A stretch of DNA of 64,000 nt from Candidatus Nomurabacteria bacterium (GCA_020854065.1 JADZGF010000003.1:5051-69050), one strand, 5' to 3'. Numbered from the stretch's first letter, positions 26,517 to 37,412 are shown. Numbers and translations: made by a program. Notes: generated by a model not told the origin, from the letters alone.

Positions 26517-27999
26517 TCACCACAACTTCGAGACGATCTCCTGCTGCAGGTAAGGCATCGGTGCGCACCATGGCGCCAAACTCGTTGCCTGCCTCCACCT
26601 CTTTCACTTCTTTCTTTTGTGCTTGAAGCCCAACAATTTTACCCCGACCAATTTCTTCGTCGCGACGAATGATGCGAACTTCCGCACCACTTTTAATAGT
26701 ACCTTCTTCAACGCGACCGCCAACCACTGCACGGCCTTTTTGTGTGCTGAAAAACTTAAGGAGTTTTGCGGTACCTACCACAACCTCGGTATTTGCACGT
26801 GGACGGCGCTCTTCAATTTGTGCCGCAAGCCATTCAGTGAGTTTGTAGATAATATCGAATGTCTCGATCGTTACTCCCAGACGCTCTGCAAGATCACGCG
26901 CCTCACGTTCGACTTTGACGTTAAAACCGACAATGATGCCTGGTGTCTTTCCACCGGATGCGAGCTTTACATCTCCTTCGCCGATTGCGCCGACGCTTTG
27001 TACTAACACACGCACTTCCATGCGTGGATCAACAGGGATTTTCGCAAGTTCGTGCGCTACTGCTTCACCAGTTCCGGCAACATCGGTTTTGATAATGAGG
27101 GGGAGTATGGTTGTTTCGACTCCCACTTCTTCCTCGCTCTTTGCTGCAGGAGACGCTGTGGGGCGGCGCTCAAGTGCTGCGGTGGTAGACTCTGCTTCTT
27201 TTTTGTTCGCAACCACACTCCATGTGCTACCGACCACAGGAAGTGTAGAGAATCCAACTACTCGCGCAGGGCTCGAGGGTCCCAATTCTTTAGACGCTTT
27301 GCCTAAAAAATTTTCCATAATGCGTGTTGGTGCCCAGGCCGCTCCGGCAACAATAAATTGCCCGCTCTTAAGCGTTCCGTTCTGGACGATGAGGGTTGCG
27401 GTGTTGCCGCGGCGTGCGTCAACATGAGACTCGATTACCAAACCTGTTGCTGGTGCGTCTGCATCAGCCTGTAGCTCTGATATCTCCGCCTGAAGCACAA
27501 TGAGGTCGAGAAGCTCAGGGATGCCTTCGCCGTTTTTGCCAGAGACTGCAACCCACGGCACCTCACCACCCATACCTTCCAAGAAGATCTGTGCCTCGAG
27601 CATCGACATTTTTGCACGCTCAATATTTGCGTCGGGTTTGTCTATTTTCGTGAATGCAACAATAAAAGGAATGTTTGCTTCGTTGATGAGGGTGATTGCT
27701 TCTTTAGTCTGTGGTTTTACACCCTCCTCAGCCGAGACAATAAGTATGGCAATGTCAGCCACCTCCAATCCGCGCGAGCGCATACCTTTAAATGCTTCGT
27801 GTCCGGGAGTATCGAGGAACGTAATATGATGCGTACCAGAGGTGTTTTCGTGTGTTGCCTGGTATGCCGAGAGGTGCTGGGTAATACCACCCGCTTCGCC
27901 CTCTACTATGTTTGCATGTCGAATATAGTCGAGCAGTGTCGATTTGCCGTGGTCTATATGGCCGACAACGGCCACGATGGGAGGGCGAGGTTTTTGCAT
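26503..27999 (-). CDS. infB: Translation initiation factor IF-2 (short form lacking N-terminal extension)
   Basis: G-domain VGHIDHGKSTLLD...DTPGHEAF...TKIDK; beta-barrel domains; 498 aa. Confidence 0.9.
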   Translation of the reverse strand: MQKPRPPIVAVVGHIDHGKSTLLDYIRHANIVEGEAGGITQHLSAYQATHENTSGTHHITFLDTPGHEAFKGMRSRGLEVADIAILIVSAEEGVKPQTKEAITLINEANIPFIVAFTKIDKPDANIERAKMSMLEAQIFLEGMGGEVPWVAVSGKNGEGIPELLDLIVLQAEISELQADADAPATGLVIESHVDARRGNTATLIVQNGTLKSGQFIVAGAAWAPTRIMENFLGKASKELGPSSPARVVGFSTLPVVGSTWSVVANKKEAESTTAALERRPTASPAAKSEEEVGVETTILPLIIKTDVAGTGEAVAHELAKIPVDPRMEVRVLVQSVGAIGEGDVKLASGGKTPGIIVGFNVKVEREARDLAERLGVTIETFDIIYKLTEWLAAQIEERRPRANTEVVVGTAKLLKFFSTQKGRAVVGGRVEEGTIKSGAEVRIIRRDEEIGRGKIVGLQAQKKEVKEVEAGNEFGAMVRTDALPAAGDRLEVVVIEYK

Positions 28000-28005
28000 A
28001 GAGAA

Positions 28006-28524
28006 TTAGTTTCCACGTTTCTTGCGCTCGGTTAAGTTCGCTTTAGCGGTAGAGATAGCTTCCTTTTCCTCCGGAGTGAGGTCAAAGGTCGATACACTGC
28101 CCTCAACCGGCTTGGCATATACTCCAACCCGATCCCGAGCGTAGAGAGTTGAGAGTACCGCACCATTACCCCTTTCGTCTAGGAGTGCCAATGCAAAACT
28201 CTGGTTGCCTCCTTGTCCTTGTTCGAATGGATTGAAGCGCACTAATCCAACGCCACGTATGCTGCCGCGTAATCGAGACTCAGCCATTTTCAAATATGCC
28301 TCAAGTTCTGCGCGGAATTCTTTCAAATCTTTGTTCTCTCGGGTGAGTATTGCAATCGATTCTTCAATCGAGCCATTGCGTCCAAGCGAGAGGCGAGATA
28401 GTCTGCGACGCAATGCAAGCAGCAGTGCAATTGCAAGAAGGGCACACAGAAGTGCCGCAAGTGCGATATACGGAGCTGCGAGGGTGAGGAGCGCTGGCAG
28501 TGCGCCGAGAGATGCAGAAGACAT
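28006..28524 (-). CDS. DUF4446-family membrane-anchored protein
   Basis: N-terminal TM; LVRFNPFEQGQGGNQSFALALLDERGNGAVLSTLYARDR pattern. Confidence 0.5.
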   Translation of the reverse strand: MSSASLGALPALLTLAAPYIALAALLCALLAIALLLALRRRLSRLSLGRNGSIEESIAILTRENKDLKEFRAELEAYLKMAESRLRGSIRGVGLVRFNPFEQGQGGNQSFALALLDERGNGAVLSTLYARDRVGVYAKPVEGSVSTFDLTPEEKEAISTAKANLTERKKRGN

Positions 28525-28545
28525 GGAGGTAAGTATACTGAAGAT

Positions 28546-29715
28546 ATGATGTTTTGGAAGCGAAGGATATATGCAGATGCAGCGGCAGCAACTCCGCTCT
28601 CTTCTCGTGCAAAACGGGAGTTATTACGCTTGCTTGGGGTCTATGGCAATGCAGGTGCATTACACAGCGAAGCGCAACAGGCAAAAAAGGAATTAGAGAA
28701 AGCGCGGGCAAGCATCGCACACTCTATCGGCGCGCATCCCGATGAAATTGTTTTCACTGCATCCGGTACCGAAGCAAACAATCTTGCGATTGGCGGAGTC
28801 CTCCGTCCACTCCTGCGACAAGATGATGACGTGCATGCCATTACGCTTTCTATCGAACATCAATCGATACTTGAACCGTTATATGCACTGCAGCGTGATG
28901 GGCTTGAAGTGAGCGAAGTTGGCGTGCAGCCAGACGGCACTGTTTTTCCAAACACACTGGTTGAATCCATCAAACCAACTACGCGATTTGTTTCCGTGCA
29001 GTTGGTCAATAGCGAGATAGGTACGATTGTGCCACTCAAAGAAATTGCGAAAGGGGTGAGACGTGCAAAACAAAGAATATATCTGCATACCGATGCGTCG
29101 CAGGCTCCACTCTGGCAAGAAATTAATGTCGAAAAGCTCGGGGTTGATCTCATGACGCTTGATGGGCAAAAAATACTGGGACCAAAAGGTATCGGAGTGC
29201 TCTATATAAAGAGAGGGACGCCAATAGAACCAATACTGTGGGGCGGCAGCCAGGAATCAGGCGTACGCGGGGGAACAGAAAACATTCCTCATATTGGTGC
29301 CTTTGCCGTTGCACTTGCAGATGCACAAAAAGGAGTTGCGCGCCGCGTGCAAAAAGTATCAGACGTCCGTGATTATCTCTGGAGCGAGATAAAAAAAGCG
29401 ATACCGGATGCAATATGGCATGGTCCCCAGAAAGAAGAGCGGGTGGCGAACAATATAAACATTTCAATCCCAGGACTTGATGGAGAGATGGCGGTGGTAT
29501 CGATGGACACGCTCGGTGTTGCGCTTTCAACACGCAGCGCGTGCTCCACGGGCAATGAGGAGCCAAGTCACGTGATTACGGCTCTTGGTGTAGAAAAATC
29601 TATCGCAAAATCTGCAATTCGCATCACTCTTTTGCCCGGTGCGACTCGTGGGGAGGCTCGCCGTATCGTAGCGGCACTTACAGAGACTATTGGCCGATAT
29701 CGTATACGTGCGTAA
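28546..29715 (+). CDS. Cysteine desulfurase (class V aminotransferase, IscS/NifS family)
   Basis: IYADAAAATP..., SGTEANNLAIGG and PLP-lysine region; active-site loop STRSACSTG. Confidence 0.85.
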   Translation: MMFWKRRIYADAAAATPLSSRAKRELLRLLGVYGNAGALHSEAQQAKKELEKARASIAHSIGAHPDEIVFTASGTEANNLAIGGVLRPLLRQDDDVHAITLSIEHQSILEPLYALQRDGLEVSEVGVQPDGTVFPNTLVESIKPTTRFVSVQLVNSEIGTIVPLKEIAKGVRRAKQRIYLHTDASQAPLWQEINVEKLGVDLMTLDGQKILGPKGIGVLYIKRGTPIEPILWGGSQESGVRGGTENIPHIGAFAVALADAQKGVARRVQKVSDVRDYLWSEIKKAIPDAIWHGPQKEERVANNINISIPGLDGEMAVVSMDTLGVALSTRSACSTGNEEPSHVITALGVEKSIAKSAIRITLLPGATRGEARRIVAALTETIGRYRIRA

Positions 29716-29743
29716 CTTCCTTTTTAGGTAAAAAAGTTGTATA

Positions 29744-30505
29744 TTGTGGGTGATGGACCTCGAGCAACTCACTAAGCATCAGATAGTCCTTTTGACGCTT
29801 TTGGTGAGTTTCGTGACCTCTATTGCAACCGGCATCGTCACTGTGTCGCTGGTTAACGAAGCGCCACCGGAGGTCCAGCGTACGATCAATCAAATAGTCG
29901 AGCGTACCGTCGAGGTGGCCACCACATTGCCTGAGCAGCCAGCAGTTGCCGCAGTGGCAACTGAAAAGACTGTAGTCGTCAAAGAGGACGATCTCGCTGC
30001 GGAATCTATCGCAGCGGCACAAAAGGCAGTTATCCGCATTGTCTCGCGCAATGCACCAGAAGTGTTACTTGCGCGCGGCGTGATTGTGAGCCCGAACGGC
30101 ACTGCGATTACGGATCGTGCAGCGCTTGCCTCGGCAGGTGCGCGCAACCTAGATGCAATACTGTACTCGGGTGAGCGTGTACCGCTTGCAGTGCGCGCAG
30201 GTACGAGTTCCGTTGCATTCCTCGATGTTGCCGTGACCCCTGATGGGTTTACCGCAGCAACCATAGCTGATCATTCGAAAGTAAAGCTGGGACAATCCGT
30301 CATCCGTATTGGCGGCTCCGGCGCAGATACCGTAGGGATGGGCGTCATTGCCGCACTTCCTCATGATGGTGTCATCGAAGCGTCGGTACCATCGGCAACA
30401 GCGGGATCTGTCCTTATCACGCTCTTTGGCGAGGTAGTTGGAATCCGTACTGGTGCTTCACAAGCCCTCGGCGGCGACTACTACAGTACCCCCACGAGTC
30501 CTTAG
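29744..30505 (+). CDS. Membrane-anchored protein with trypsin-like peptidase-fold domain (catalytic triad uncertain)
   Basis: N-terminal TM; C-terminal ...GSVLITLFGEVVGI resembles the HtrA GNSGGPL..GEVVGI region. Confidence 0.4.
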   Translation: MWVMDLEQLTKHQIVLLTLLVSFVTSIATGIVTVSLVNEAPPEVQRTINQIVERTVEVATTLPEQPAVAAVATEKTVVVKEDDLAAESIAAAQKAVIRIVSRNAPEVLLARGVIVSPNGTAITDRAALASAGARNLDAILYSGERVPLAVRAGTSSVAFLDVAVTPDGFTAATIADHSKVKLGQSVIRIGGSGADTVGMGVIAALPHDGVIEASVPSATAGSVLITLFGEVVGIRTGASQALGGDYYSTPTSP

Positions 30506-30524
30506 CGACTAACCACACACCACT

Positions 30525-33233
30525 ATGCCCCCATTCAATCATTTCACTACAAAAGCAAAAGAGGCAGTCCGCAGGGCTCATGAGCTTGCGGTAGAGCGGG
30601 GTCAAAATCAGGTGAGCCCCCTGCATCTTCTTGGCGCACTCCTCTTGCAAGAGGAGAGTTTGGTGGTGTCAGTGCTCGAGAAACTCGAGGTTGATATGGT
30701 GCTCTTGACCGACACCGTACTCGAAAATTTGGAAGGTCCACACACTGGTTCAACGCTTAGTCCAAGCTATCAGTTGTATTTGACGCCAGAATTGGTACAG
30801 GCACTTGAGCGCTCTGCAAAAGTTGCGACCGAACTCCATGACGAATTTGTTTCGACTGAGCATCTTTTTATATCCGTACTCGATATCCCGGGCACAGCTC
30901 GTGATGTATTGGGACGCTTCCGCATTACGCGCGAAGCGGTCATGCGCTCCTTGCATGAATTGCGCAGTGCAAAGACTGCTGCGCCCGAGCCACAAAAGAA
31001 ATTCCGTGCACTCACTAAATACACGCGCTCACTCACCAAGATGGCGCTGGAGAATAAACTCGACCCAGTCATTGGCCGTGACGAGGAAATCCACCGTGTG
31101 ATCCAGATACTTTCGCGCCGCACCAAAAACAATCCGATATTGATCGGTGAAGCAGGGGTGGGAAAGACCGCTATTGCTGAAGAGTTGGCACAGCGCATTG
31201 CAACAGGGGATTGCCCAGAGAGTCTGCGCGATAAAGATTTAGTGTCGCTTGATCTTGGTTCCCTTATCGCCGGTACTAAATATCGCGGCGAATTTGAAGA
31301 GCGCCTCAAGGCAATCATGAAAGAGATTGAGCGCTCGGAGGGCAAGATCGTTCTCTTCATAGACGAGATCCATACCGTGATGGGCGCAGGTTCTGCCGAG
31401 GGGGCAGTCGACATGTCGAACATGATTAAACCCGCGCTTGCTCGCGGCGAGATGAAAGTCATTGGCGCCACAACACTTAAGGAATATCAAAAATATATTG
31501 AACGCGATGCAGCGTTCCAACGTCGCTTCCAGCCCGTGTATGTACTTGAGCCGGCGTTGGATGATGCAACGGCGATTTTGCGTGGACTGAAAGAAAAGTA
31601 CGAACTCTTCCACGGGGTGCATATAACCGACGATGCGTTGGTTGCAGCGGTAGAGCTCTCTGCTCGCTATATTGCAGATCGTTTCTTGCCCGACAAAGCG
31701 ATCGACCTCATCGATGAGGCAGCTTCGAGCTTGCGCATTAGCTTGGAAAACAAGCCGCCTATGCTCGAAGACGCACACCGCAAAATAATGCGACTTGAAG
31801 TGGAGAAGGAAGCGCTGCGTAAGGAAGCAGGAGGGGACGAAGAGACTGTCTCGAAGCGTGCCAAGACCCGCGTGAAAGCGATAGAGAAGGAAATTGCTGA
31901 GCTGAAAGAAAAGACCGGCGAGCTTGAATTGCGCTGGAAGAATGAAAAACAAGTACTCTCCGACATTAAGGCACTTAAAAAGGAGCTTGAGACGCTACGT
32001 ATGGAGGCTGATGCCGCTGAATTAGCAATTGATCTCTCGCGCGCAGCCGAGATCCGCTATGGCGAAATACCGTCTATTGAACGTGAGTTAGAACAAAAAC
32101 AAAAACGGCTTAAAAAACTACAATCGACTCGCCGTATCTTAAAGGAAGAGATTACCGAAGCTGATATTGCATCGGTGGTTGCAAAATGGACCGGTATTCC
32201 CGTGTCCCGCATGCTTGAAGAGGAAGCAGAAAAACTCTCACGTATTGAAAAGGAACTGGAAGGACGTGTCGTTGGTCAAAACGAGGCCGTACAAAAAGTT
32301 GCTGATGCGGTAAAACGCTCGCGTGCAGGTATTGCTGATCCAAATCGACCTATTGCATCGTTTATGTTCCTTGGTCCAACCGGTGTGGGTAAAACCGAAC
32401 TCACACGCGCGCTTGCTGAGTTTATGTTCGATGATGAAAAGGCGCTGATACGTGTCGATATGTCTGAGTACATGGAGAAGCACAGCGTCTCTAAACTCAT
32501 TGGCAGCCCTCCAGGATATGTAGGACATGAAGAGGGTGGTGGTTTAACCGAGTTGGTACGCCACCGACCATATGCGGTGCTTCTCTTCGACGAAGTAGAA
32601 AAAGCACACCCTGAGGTATTCAACATCTTGTTGCAGGTTCTTGATAACGGGCATCTCACCGATGCAAAAGGACGCCGGGTTAACTTCCGCAACACGATCA
32701 TTATTATGACGAGCAACATCGGTGCGCAGCATATCGACCGCATGGAGCAGATTGGTTTTGCAACCGCAGGCGGCAGTGATGAGCAAAACTACCGGATGGC
32801 AAAGGAGAAAGTCGAGCAGAGTCTGAAAGACTTCTTCCGTCCTGAATTCCTCAACCGTATCGATGAGATCGTTATCTTCAACATCCTCTCTCCTGAGGCG
32901 ATTAAAGACATTGTCGACATCCAGGTACGCGAGGTAATCTCACGGCTTGAACAAAAAGAGATCACCCTTACCCTAACTCCTGCGGTGTACGAATATCTGG
33001 CCAAAGAGGGATACAATCCGCACTATGGTGCGCGACCTCTGCGCCGGTTGATCCAAGACAAGATCCTCACGAAGGTGGCGAGCTTGATGGTGGGTCGCGG
33101 CATACTCTCAGGCGGGGCAGTGATGGTGGATATAGATAAAAAAGGAGCCTTTATCTTTGACGTCAAAAAGACGGGTAAAAGCAAAGCGATTAAATCAACT
33201 GCAACGCAACTGACTGAAGAGAAGGTCGCATAA
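30525..33233 (+). CDS. clpB: ATP-dependent chaperone ClpB
   Basis: Clp N-domain, two AAA+ modules ([10 protein letters not shown]; [10 protein letters not shown]), long coiled-coil M-domain; 902 aa. Confidence 0.9.
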   Translation: MPPFNHFTTKAKEAVRRAHELAVERGQNQVSPLHLLGALLLQEESLVVSVLEKLEVDMVLLTDTVLENLEGPHTGSTLSPSYQLYLTPELVQALERSAKVATELHDEFVSTEHLFISVLDIPGTARDVLGRFRITREAVMRSLHELRSAKTAAPEPQKKFRALTKYTRSLTKMALENKLDPVIGRDEEIHRVIQILSRRTKNNPILIGEAGVGKTAIAEELAQRIATGDCPESLRDKDLVSLDLGSLIAGTKYRGEFEERLKAIMKEIERSEGKIVLFIDEIHTVMGAGSAEGAVDMSNMIKPALARGEMKVIGATTLKEYQKYIERDAAFQRRFQPVYVLEPALDDATAILRGLKEKYELFHGVHITDDALVAAVELSARYIADRFLPDKAIDLIDEAASSLRISLENKPPMLEDAHRKIMRLEVEKEALRKEAGGDEETVSKRAKTRVKAIEKEIAELKEKTGELELRWKNEKQVLSDIKALKKELETLRMEADAAELAIDLSRAAEIRYGEIPSIERELEQKQKRLKKLQSTRRILKEEITEADIASVVAKWTGIPVSRMLEEEAEKLSRIEKELEGRVVGQNEAVQKVADAVKRSRAGIADPNRPIASFMFLGPTGVGKTELTRALAEFMFDDEKALIRVDMSEYMEKHSVSKLIGSPPGYVGHEEGGGLTELVRHRPYAVLLFDEVEKAHPEVFNILLQVLDNGHLTDAKGRRVNFRNTIIIMTSNIGAQHIDRMEQIGFATAGGSDEQNYRMAKEKVEQSLKDFFRPEFLNRIDEIVIFNILSPEAIKDIVDIQVREVISRLEQKEITLTLTPAVYEYLAKEGYNPHYGARPLRRLIQDKILTKVASLMVGRGILSGGAVMVDIDKKGAFIFDVKKTGKSKAIKSTATQLTEEKVA

Positions 33234-33235
33234 GA

Positions 33236-33270
33236 GAAAAGCCCGGCAATTGCCGGGCTTTTTGTTTTCC
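33236..33270. terminator. Bidirectional rho-independent terminator
   Basis: AAAAGCCCGGCAATTGCCGGGCTTTTTGTTTT. Confidence 0.75.
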
Positions 33271-33274
33271 GCTT

Positions 33275-33625
33275 TTATGCGGGCGGGTATTGAGTAGAAA
33301 AATCGATTGGGTCTGGATAGAGAAGCTCGCAGAGCATTCCGGTGTCGGGCTGGCAGAGTGCGGCCACAGAGTCCCATATTTTATCAATCTCGCGACTGCG
33401 CTCCACTTCCTCGCGCGCTTCGCGTACCGAGACTTTCACGATAGGTCCGTATTTGTTTGTTGCCTGATACTCAACAATCTTGGCCTCTTCGATAATCGTC
33501 TCCTCATCAAAGTGGATAGTGATATTGGAGTCGATTGGCAGGAGAGGGAAGTTGAGGACCGGAATACAGATACCTTCTCCTTCAGAGTTGTTGAGGATAA
33601 GGACTGCGTGTGTGAGTGCGCCCAT
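33275..33625 (-). CDS. Hypothetical protein
   Basis: 116-aa ORF ending at the bidirectional terminator; no recognisable domain. Confidence 0.35.
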   Translation of the reverse strand: MGALTHAVLILNNSEGEGICIPVLNFPLLPIDSNITIHFDEETIIEEAKIVEYQATNKYGPIVKVSVREAREEVERSREIDKIWDSVAALCQPDTGMLCELLYPDPIDFSTQYPPA

Positions 33626-33769
33626 GGGTCATTCCTTATGAGGTGCAGGTTGAAGCTAGTTACAAAATACGTAAAAAAATATGGAAAGTCAATAACCCCC
33701 TTGCGCATTTTAAGCTAATGTGGTATGTTGCGACCAGTTTAGAACACTCACAACCAAAGGAGTCAAGGG

Positions 33770-34573
33770 ATGTTTGTCCGCTTGTGGTGCCTGGTTTTGG
33801 TGGGTTTTGCCTTTGCGGCAGGGCCTGCCGAGGCGCAGTGGTTTTTTAAGAAGCCATCTGCCCCCAAGAAAATCCAAAAAGCTCCCAAGCCCCAAAAGGT
33901 TAAGGAGGAGCAATTGAAGAAACAGCGGGACATGCTGTGGGATGTGGGAGATAAGGCGATGAATAGAGCCTTGGGATACCTTCCCGGCCCTACCGGTCTC
34001 ATTGGTAGCTATGGGTATGCCACTGTCCTCTCGGTGGTGGCGAACGTAGGATACTCTGCGTTCCATGTTGGCGACACAGAAGATCGGGAGCTTGGACATG
34101 GGGAAGTGTGGGGGACTATTCTTGCCACACTCAATCCTTTGCCATTTCCGGTGCCGGCCTTGTATCAAGCAGGAGTCAGTGCCTGGAAGGACAAAGATCT
34201 CTGTTCAAGCTCTGAGCATCGGGACTACCCCGGGCTTTCGCAGCCCGAACAGCCCGAACGTGACCTAATACCGAAAGCGGCGCGCGCGTCGTGGTATGGG
34301 CAGCGGTGGTGCGGACATGAGCGCGACACACAATATGATGCGCTCCTGAAAGACGCCGGGATGACGAAGAAGATCTTCGCCAATACGCCTAAGGCGGCGC
34401 CTCGGCGCGAACGGGGCAAGGTCATCATCGGTCCAATCATCATTTCGATGGTGGCAGTGCCGACACCGGGGGTTTCGTGGGAACCACCACCTCCGAGCCC
34501 ACTCCTTACTCAATGTGCGTGGCCCACGTTCGACGGCGATGGAAACAAAGTTGTCGAAAGAGGGTGTTCGTAA
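33770..34573 (+). CDS. Hypothetical secreted protein
   Basis: Signal peptide MFVRLWCLVLVGFAFAAGPAEA; promoter-like TTGCGC-17-TATGTT upstream. Confidence 0.5.
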   Translation: MFVRLWCLVLVGFAFAAGPAEAQWFFKKPSAPKKIQKAPKPQKVKEEQLKKQRDMLWDVGDKAMNRALGYLPGPTGLIGSYGYATVLSVVANVGYSAFHVGDTEDRELGHGEVWGTILATLNPLPFPVPALYQAGVSAWKDKDLCSSSEHRDYPGLSQPEQPERDLIPKAARASWYGQRWCGHERDTQYDALLKDAGMTKKIFANTPKAAPRRERGKVIIGPIIISMVAVPTPGVSWEPPPPSPLLTQCAWPTFDGDGNKVVERGCS

Positions 34574-34732
34574 GAGTACAAAACATGTGTGCGGCGCGTC
34601 TCAGTTGACGCGTCGCCACACCTTTATAGAAAACGTTCATGGATAGCGATTTGCAGATGACACGGTCATCTATAAGCCGGTCGTCACGAACGGCCAGAAA
34701 TAGTCCTTTAAAAATAAACCAGGAGAAGTCTA

Positions 34733-35524
34733 ATGAAGATCAAGAGTCTGTTGACTATCGCATCTGCTGCGGTGATCGCCATTGCCTTTGCTTCGAGCGG
34801 TGCCGATGCCAAGAAGGGCGGAGGCGGCGGCAAGGGCTTCGGTGGCGGTGGCAAAGGTTTCAGCGGCGGCAAAGGTGGCGGTCACAAAGGTGGCGGCATG
34901 AAGTACGGCGGTAAAGGCGGTGGTCACAAAGGTGGCGGCAGCGGTGGTCCCGGTCATTTCAATGGCGGGGGCACTGGTGTCGGTATCGGTATCGGCGGCC
35001 CGGGCGGTGGTGCCAAGGTCAAAAATACCAACAACAATACCTTCAAGCCGAGCAACACCAACAACAATACCGCCTACGGCGGCAGTGCGACTGCGTATGG
35101 TGGTACTGGCGGCAGTGTGAAGAACTCTGGAAATTCGAGCAACAAGAACACGAACAACAATTCGTCGAACTCATCGTCGAGCTCGAACTCCAGCGCACAG
35201 GCCAACAACCACAACAACGTGAAGAACGAGCAGTCACAGTCTCAGTCCCAGTCGTCTTACAACCACAACAACGTCTCGATCTACAACAAGGCCGGCGGCG
35301 CCAACGTGGTCGTACACACCGGTTCTCGCTCGAGCAGCGATGGTGTCGTGAGTGCAATGTCGCTTGCACTGCCGATCGCGATCATGGCTCTGCAGAATCG
35401 GCCGGCGGCCCCGGTGTTGGTGCACCAGGCACCGCCTCCGGTCTTTGTGAGGGATCGCTGCGTTCCGAACAAGGACGGCTTTGTTCCCGAAAACTGCCGC
35501 GATCCGCTCGCGGTTAAGAACTGA
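34733..35524 (+). CDS. Secreted low-complexity Gly-rich / Asn-Ser-rich protein
   Basis: Signal peptide; GGGGKGFGGGGKGF...HKGGG repeats then N/S-rich tract; Pro-rich Cys-containing C-terminus. Confidence 0.55.
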   Translation: MKIKSLLTIASAAVIAIAFASSGADAKKGGGGGKGFGGGGKGFSGGKGGGHKGGGMKYGGKGGGHKGGGSGGPGHFNGGGTGVGIGIGGPGGGAKVKNTNNNTFKPSNTNNNTAYGGSATAYGGTGGSVKNSGNSSNKNTNNNSSNSSSSSNSSAQANNHNNVKNEQSQSQSQSSYNHNNVSIYNKAGGANVVVHTGSRSSSDGVVSAMSLALPIAIMALQNRPAAPVLVHQAPPPVFVRDRCVPNKDGFVPENCRDPLAVKN

Positions 35525-35588
35525 TCTTTACTTCGTCTGACGTTTAACAAGGGCGTCCCACACACTGTGTTGGGGCGCCTTTTTCTTT

Positions 35589-35675
35589 TGGTGCGCCGGG
35601 TAGGATTCGAACCTACGTAGCCGCAAGGGCGACTGGTTTACAGCCAGTTGCGATTGACCACTCCGCCACCGACGC
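35589..35675 (-). tRNA. tRNA-Tyr (anticodon GTA), CCA encoded
   Basis: Anticodon loop CTGTAAA; long variable arm; T-arm GGTTCGAATCC; 3' CCA present. Confidence 0.8.
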
Positions 35676-35727
35676 GTGTACACACGATACCACAAGATAT
35701 TGTTTTTTTCGATGCTATGATTTAGGC

Positions 35728-37374
35728 ATGAAGCCATATGGGCTCAAGGTATTTTTGCTTGCGGCTATCCTTGTGCCCCACTTTGCCTTTGCGCAAAGTT
35801 TTACACCGCCTCCGGTGCCACAATGCACCCTTACAGGGAATCCCACTACTATCTTGCCGGGTGCTCGTGCTCAATTGGTATGGACAAGTAGTAATGCTTC
35901 ACGAGGCACGTTGACTGAGGTGGGGAACATCCCCGCAAACAGTTCGGTGTATGTGATGCCGAGAGTAACAACGGATTACCGGGCCACCTTTGAAGGTCCA
36001 GGTGGCACTAAAACCTGTACCGTCCGTATTACGGTAATTGGATCCGGTGCTACACCTGTAGAAACTCCCACGAACCCAGGGCCGACTACGGTAACCCCGA
36101 ACGTTGTTGATACAGGAGGTTTCCCTACCGGAGGGACTGTCACAAATCCAACAACTGGGTCAACTGTAGGGGGAGGAGGCAATCTAAATGGTCTGGTGCC
36201 ACAAGAATGCTCAGTTAACTCTATACAGGGATGCAATTTTTGTACGTTTGTTCAGCTCCTTCAAAATATAATCAATTGGCTACTCGCAATGTCGGTGCTT
36301 GTTGCCGCCGTTATGTTTGCATGGGCAGGCATACTCTACTTTACGGCAAACGGTAACCCAGGTCGGATTAATAGAGCACATGAAATATTTAAATCAGTAG
36401 CACTCGGGTTTATCTTTGCGCTTGTTGGATATTTGGTGGTACAGACAATTGTGAATGCAGTTATTGATCCAAGTTTCTTCCAGAACGGTATCAAGTGGAA
36501 TAGTATTGAAGGAAAGTGTAACCAAATTCGCAAAACAGATGCCACGGTGCAACAATGGCTTTCTTCGTCGCTTCCAGGACTTTCCTCGGGGCCAACAACG
36601 CCTGTAGTCACTCCCGGTACCACAGTGGCCCCTGATGGGACCCCGGTTGATCTCTCTGAGCGGGTAGGGCCAGGTGGTTCGTGCGGGGTAGGGTTTTTAT
36701 ATGCGGATGACAATGGGGATCCTGATACCGCATCGTGTTACAACCCGGATACGGACCAGTTTGCAGATCCCCAACCTCATTCAGGTACAGCAGGAGGGCA
36801 ACTTGAAGAAGTGAGTGCTCTTGCGGCAAATGGCAACCCGCAGAGTCTTGGACTTACCACAAGTCGTTCCGACGGCGCTCTATTAGCAACCTATTCATCT
36901 GTGGAACAACGATATGGCTCCCAAATCGATTCTGCATGCTCAACGTACGGATCAAATATCCCAAACTGTACGCAAGTCATGACATCGCTTATTGCTAATG
37001 AGTCGAGTGGTAATCCAAATGCGACGAGCCCCGCGGGGGCACTCGGATTGACCCAAGTGCTTCCTTCAAACTTATTAAGCGGTTGTACCTATACGGATCC
37101 GCAGTGCAATATTAATTCGGGAGTCAGTTATTTAAACAATGTGTGTGGCACGTTTAATGGCAATCTTGCAAACTGCTATGCAGCGTATAACGGGGGAGCG
37201 TCTACGCAGCCAGGAACAAGTCCAAGTGGGAGAACTCCAGCTATGGCAGCGAGCCAGGACTGCCCAGGTTTATACGCATACCAATGCACCACTAACCCTG
37301 GAGGCCTTGTGGAGACCCAGCGGTATGTGGCAAATAACTGCCGGACCTTGCAGCTTAATAATATAAGCTGCTAG
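35728..37374 (+). CDS. Secreted multidomain protein: N-terminal beta-rich region, embedded TrbC/VirB2 pilin-like two-TM segment, C-terminal lytic transglycosylase (SLT) domain
   Basis: Signal peptide; the segment FAWAGILYFTANGNPGRINRAHEIFKSVALGFIFALVGYL is homologous to the 20151-21618 paralogs; SLT motif ANESSGNPNATSPAGALGLTQVLPS. Confidence 0.7.
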   Translation: MKPYGLKVFLLAAILVPHFAFAQSFTPPPVPQCTLTGNPTTILPGARAQLVWTSSNASRGTLTEVGNIPANSSVYVMPRVTTDYRATFEGPGGTKTCTVRITVIGSGATPVETPTNPGPTTVTPNVVDTGGFPTGGTVTNPTTGSTVGGGGNLNGLVPQECSVNSIQGCNFCTFVQLLQNIINWLLAMSVLVAAVMFAWAGILYFTANGNPGRINRAHEIFKSVALGFIFALVGYLVVQTIVNAVIDPSFFQNGIKWNSIEGKCNQIRKTDATVQQWLSSSLPGLSSGPTTPVVTPGTTVAPDGTPVDLSERVGPGGSCGVGFLYADDNGDPDTASCYNPDTDQFADPQPHSGTAGGQLEEVSALAANGNPQSLGLTTSRSDGALLATYSSVEQRYGSQIDSACSTYGSNIPNCTQVMTSLIANESSGNPNATSPAGALGLTQVLPSNLLSGCTYTDPQCNINSGVSYLNNVCGTFNGNLANCYAAYNGGASTQPGTSPSGRTPAMAASQDCPGLYAYQCTTNPGGLVETQRYVANNCRTLQLNNISC

Positions 37375-37412
37375 TTGCCTAAAAACCCCTTTTGCGGTAT
37401 AGTCCTTTCGTT

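Noticed and set aside
30770-31952. Minus-strand ORFs (233 and 237 aa) inside clpB
   Set aside because: Antisense shadows of clpB.
34800-35300. Tandem nucleotide repeats (ggtggcggtcacaaaggtggcggc…) as a possible CRISPR or VNTR
   Set aside because: The repeats are in-frame coding repeats of the Gly-rich secreted protein, with no regular repeat-spacer architecture. No CRISPR array was found anywhere in the window.
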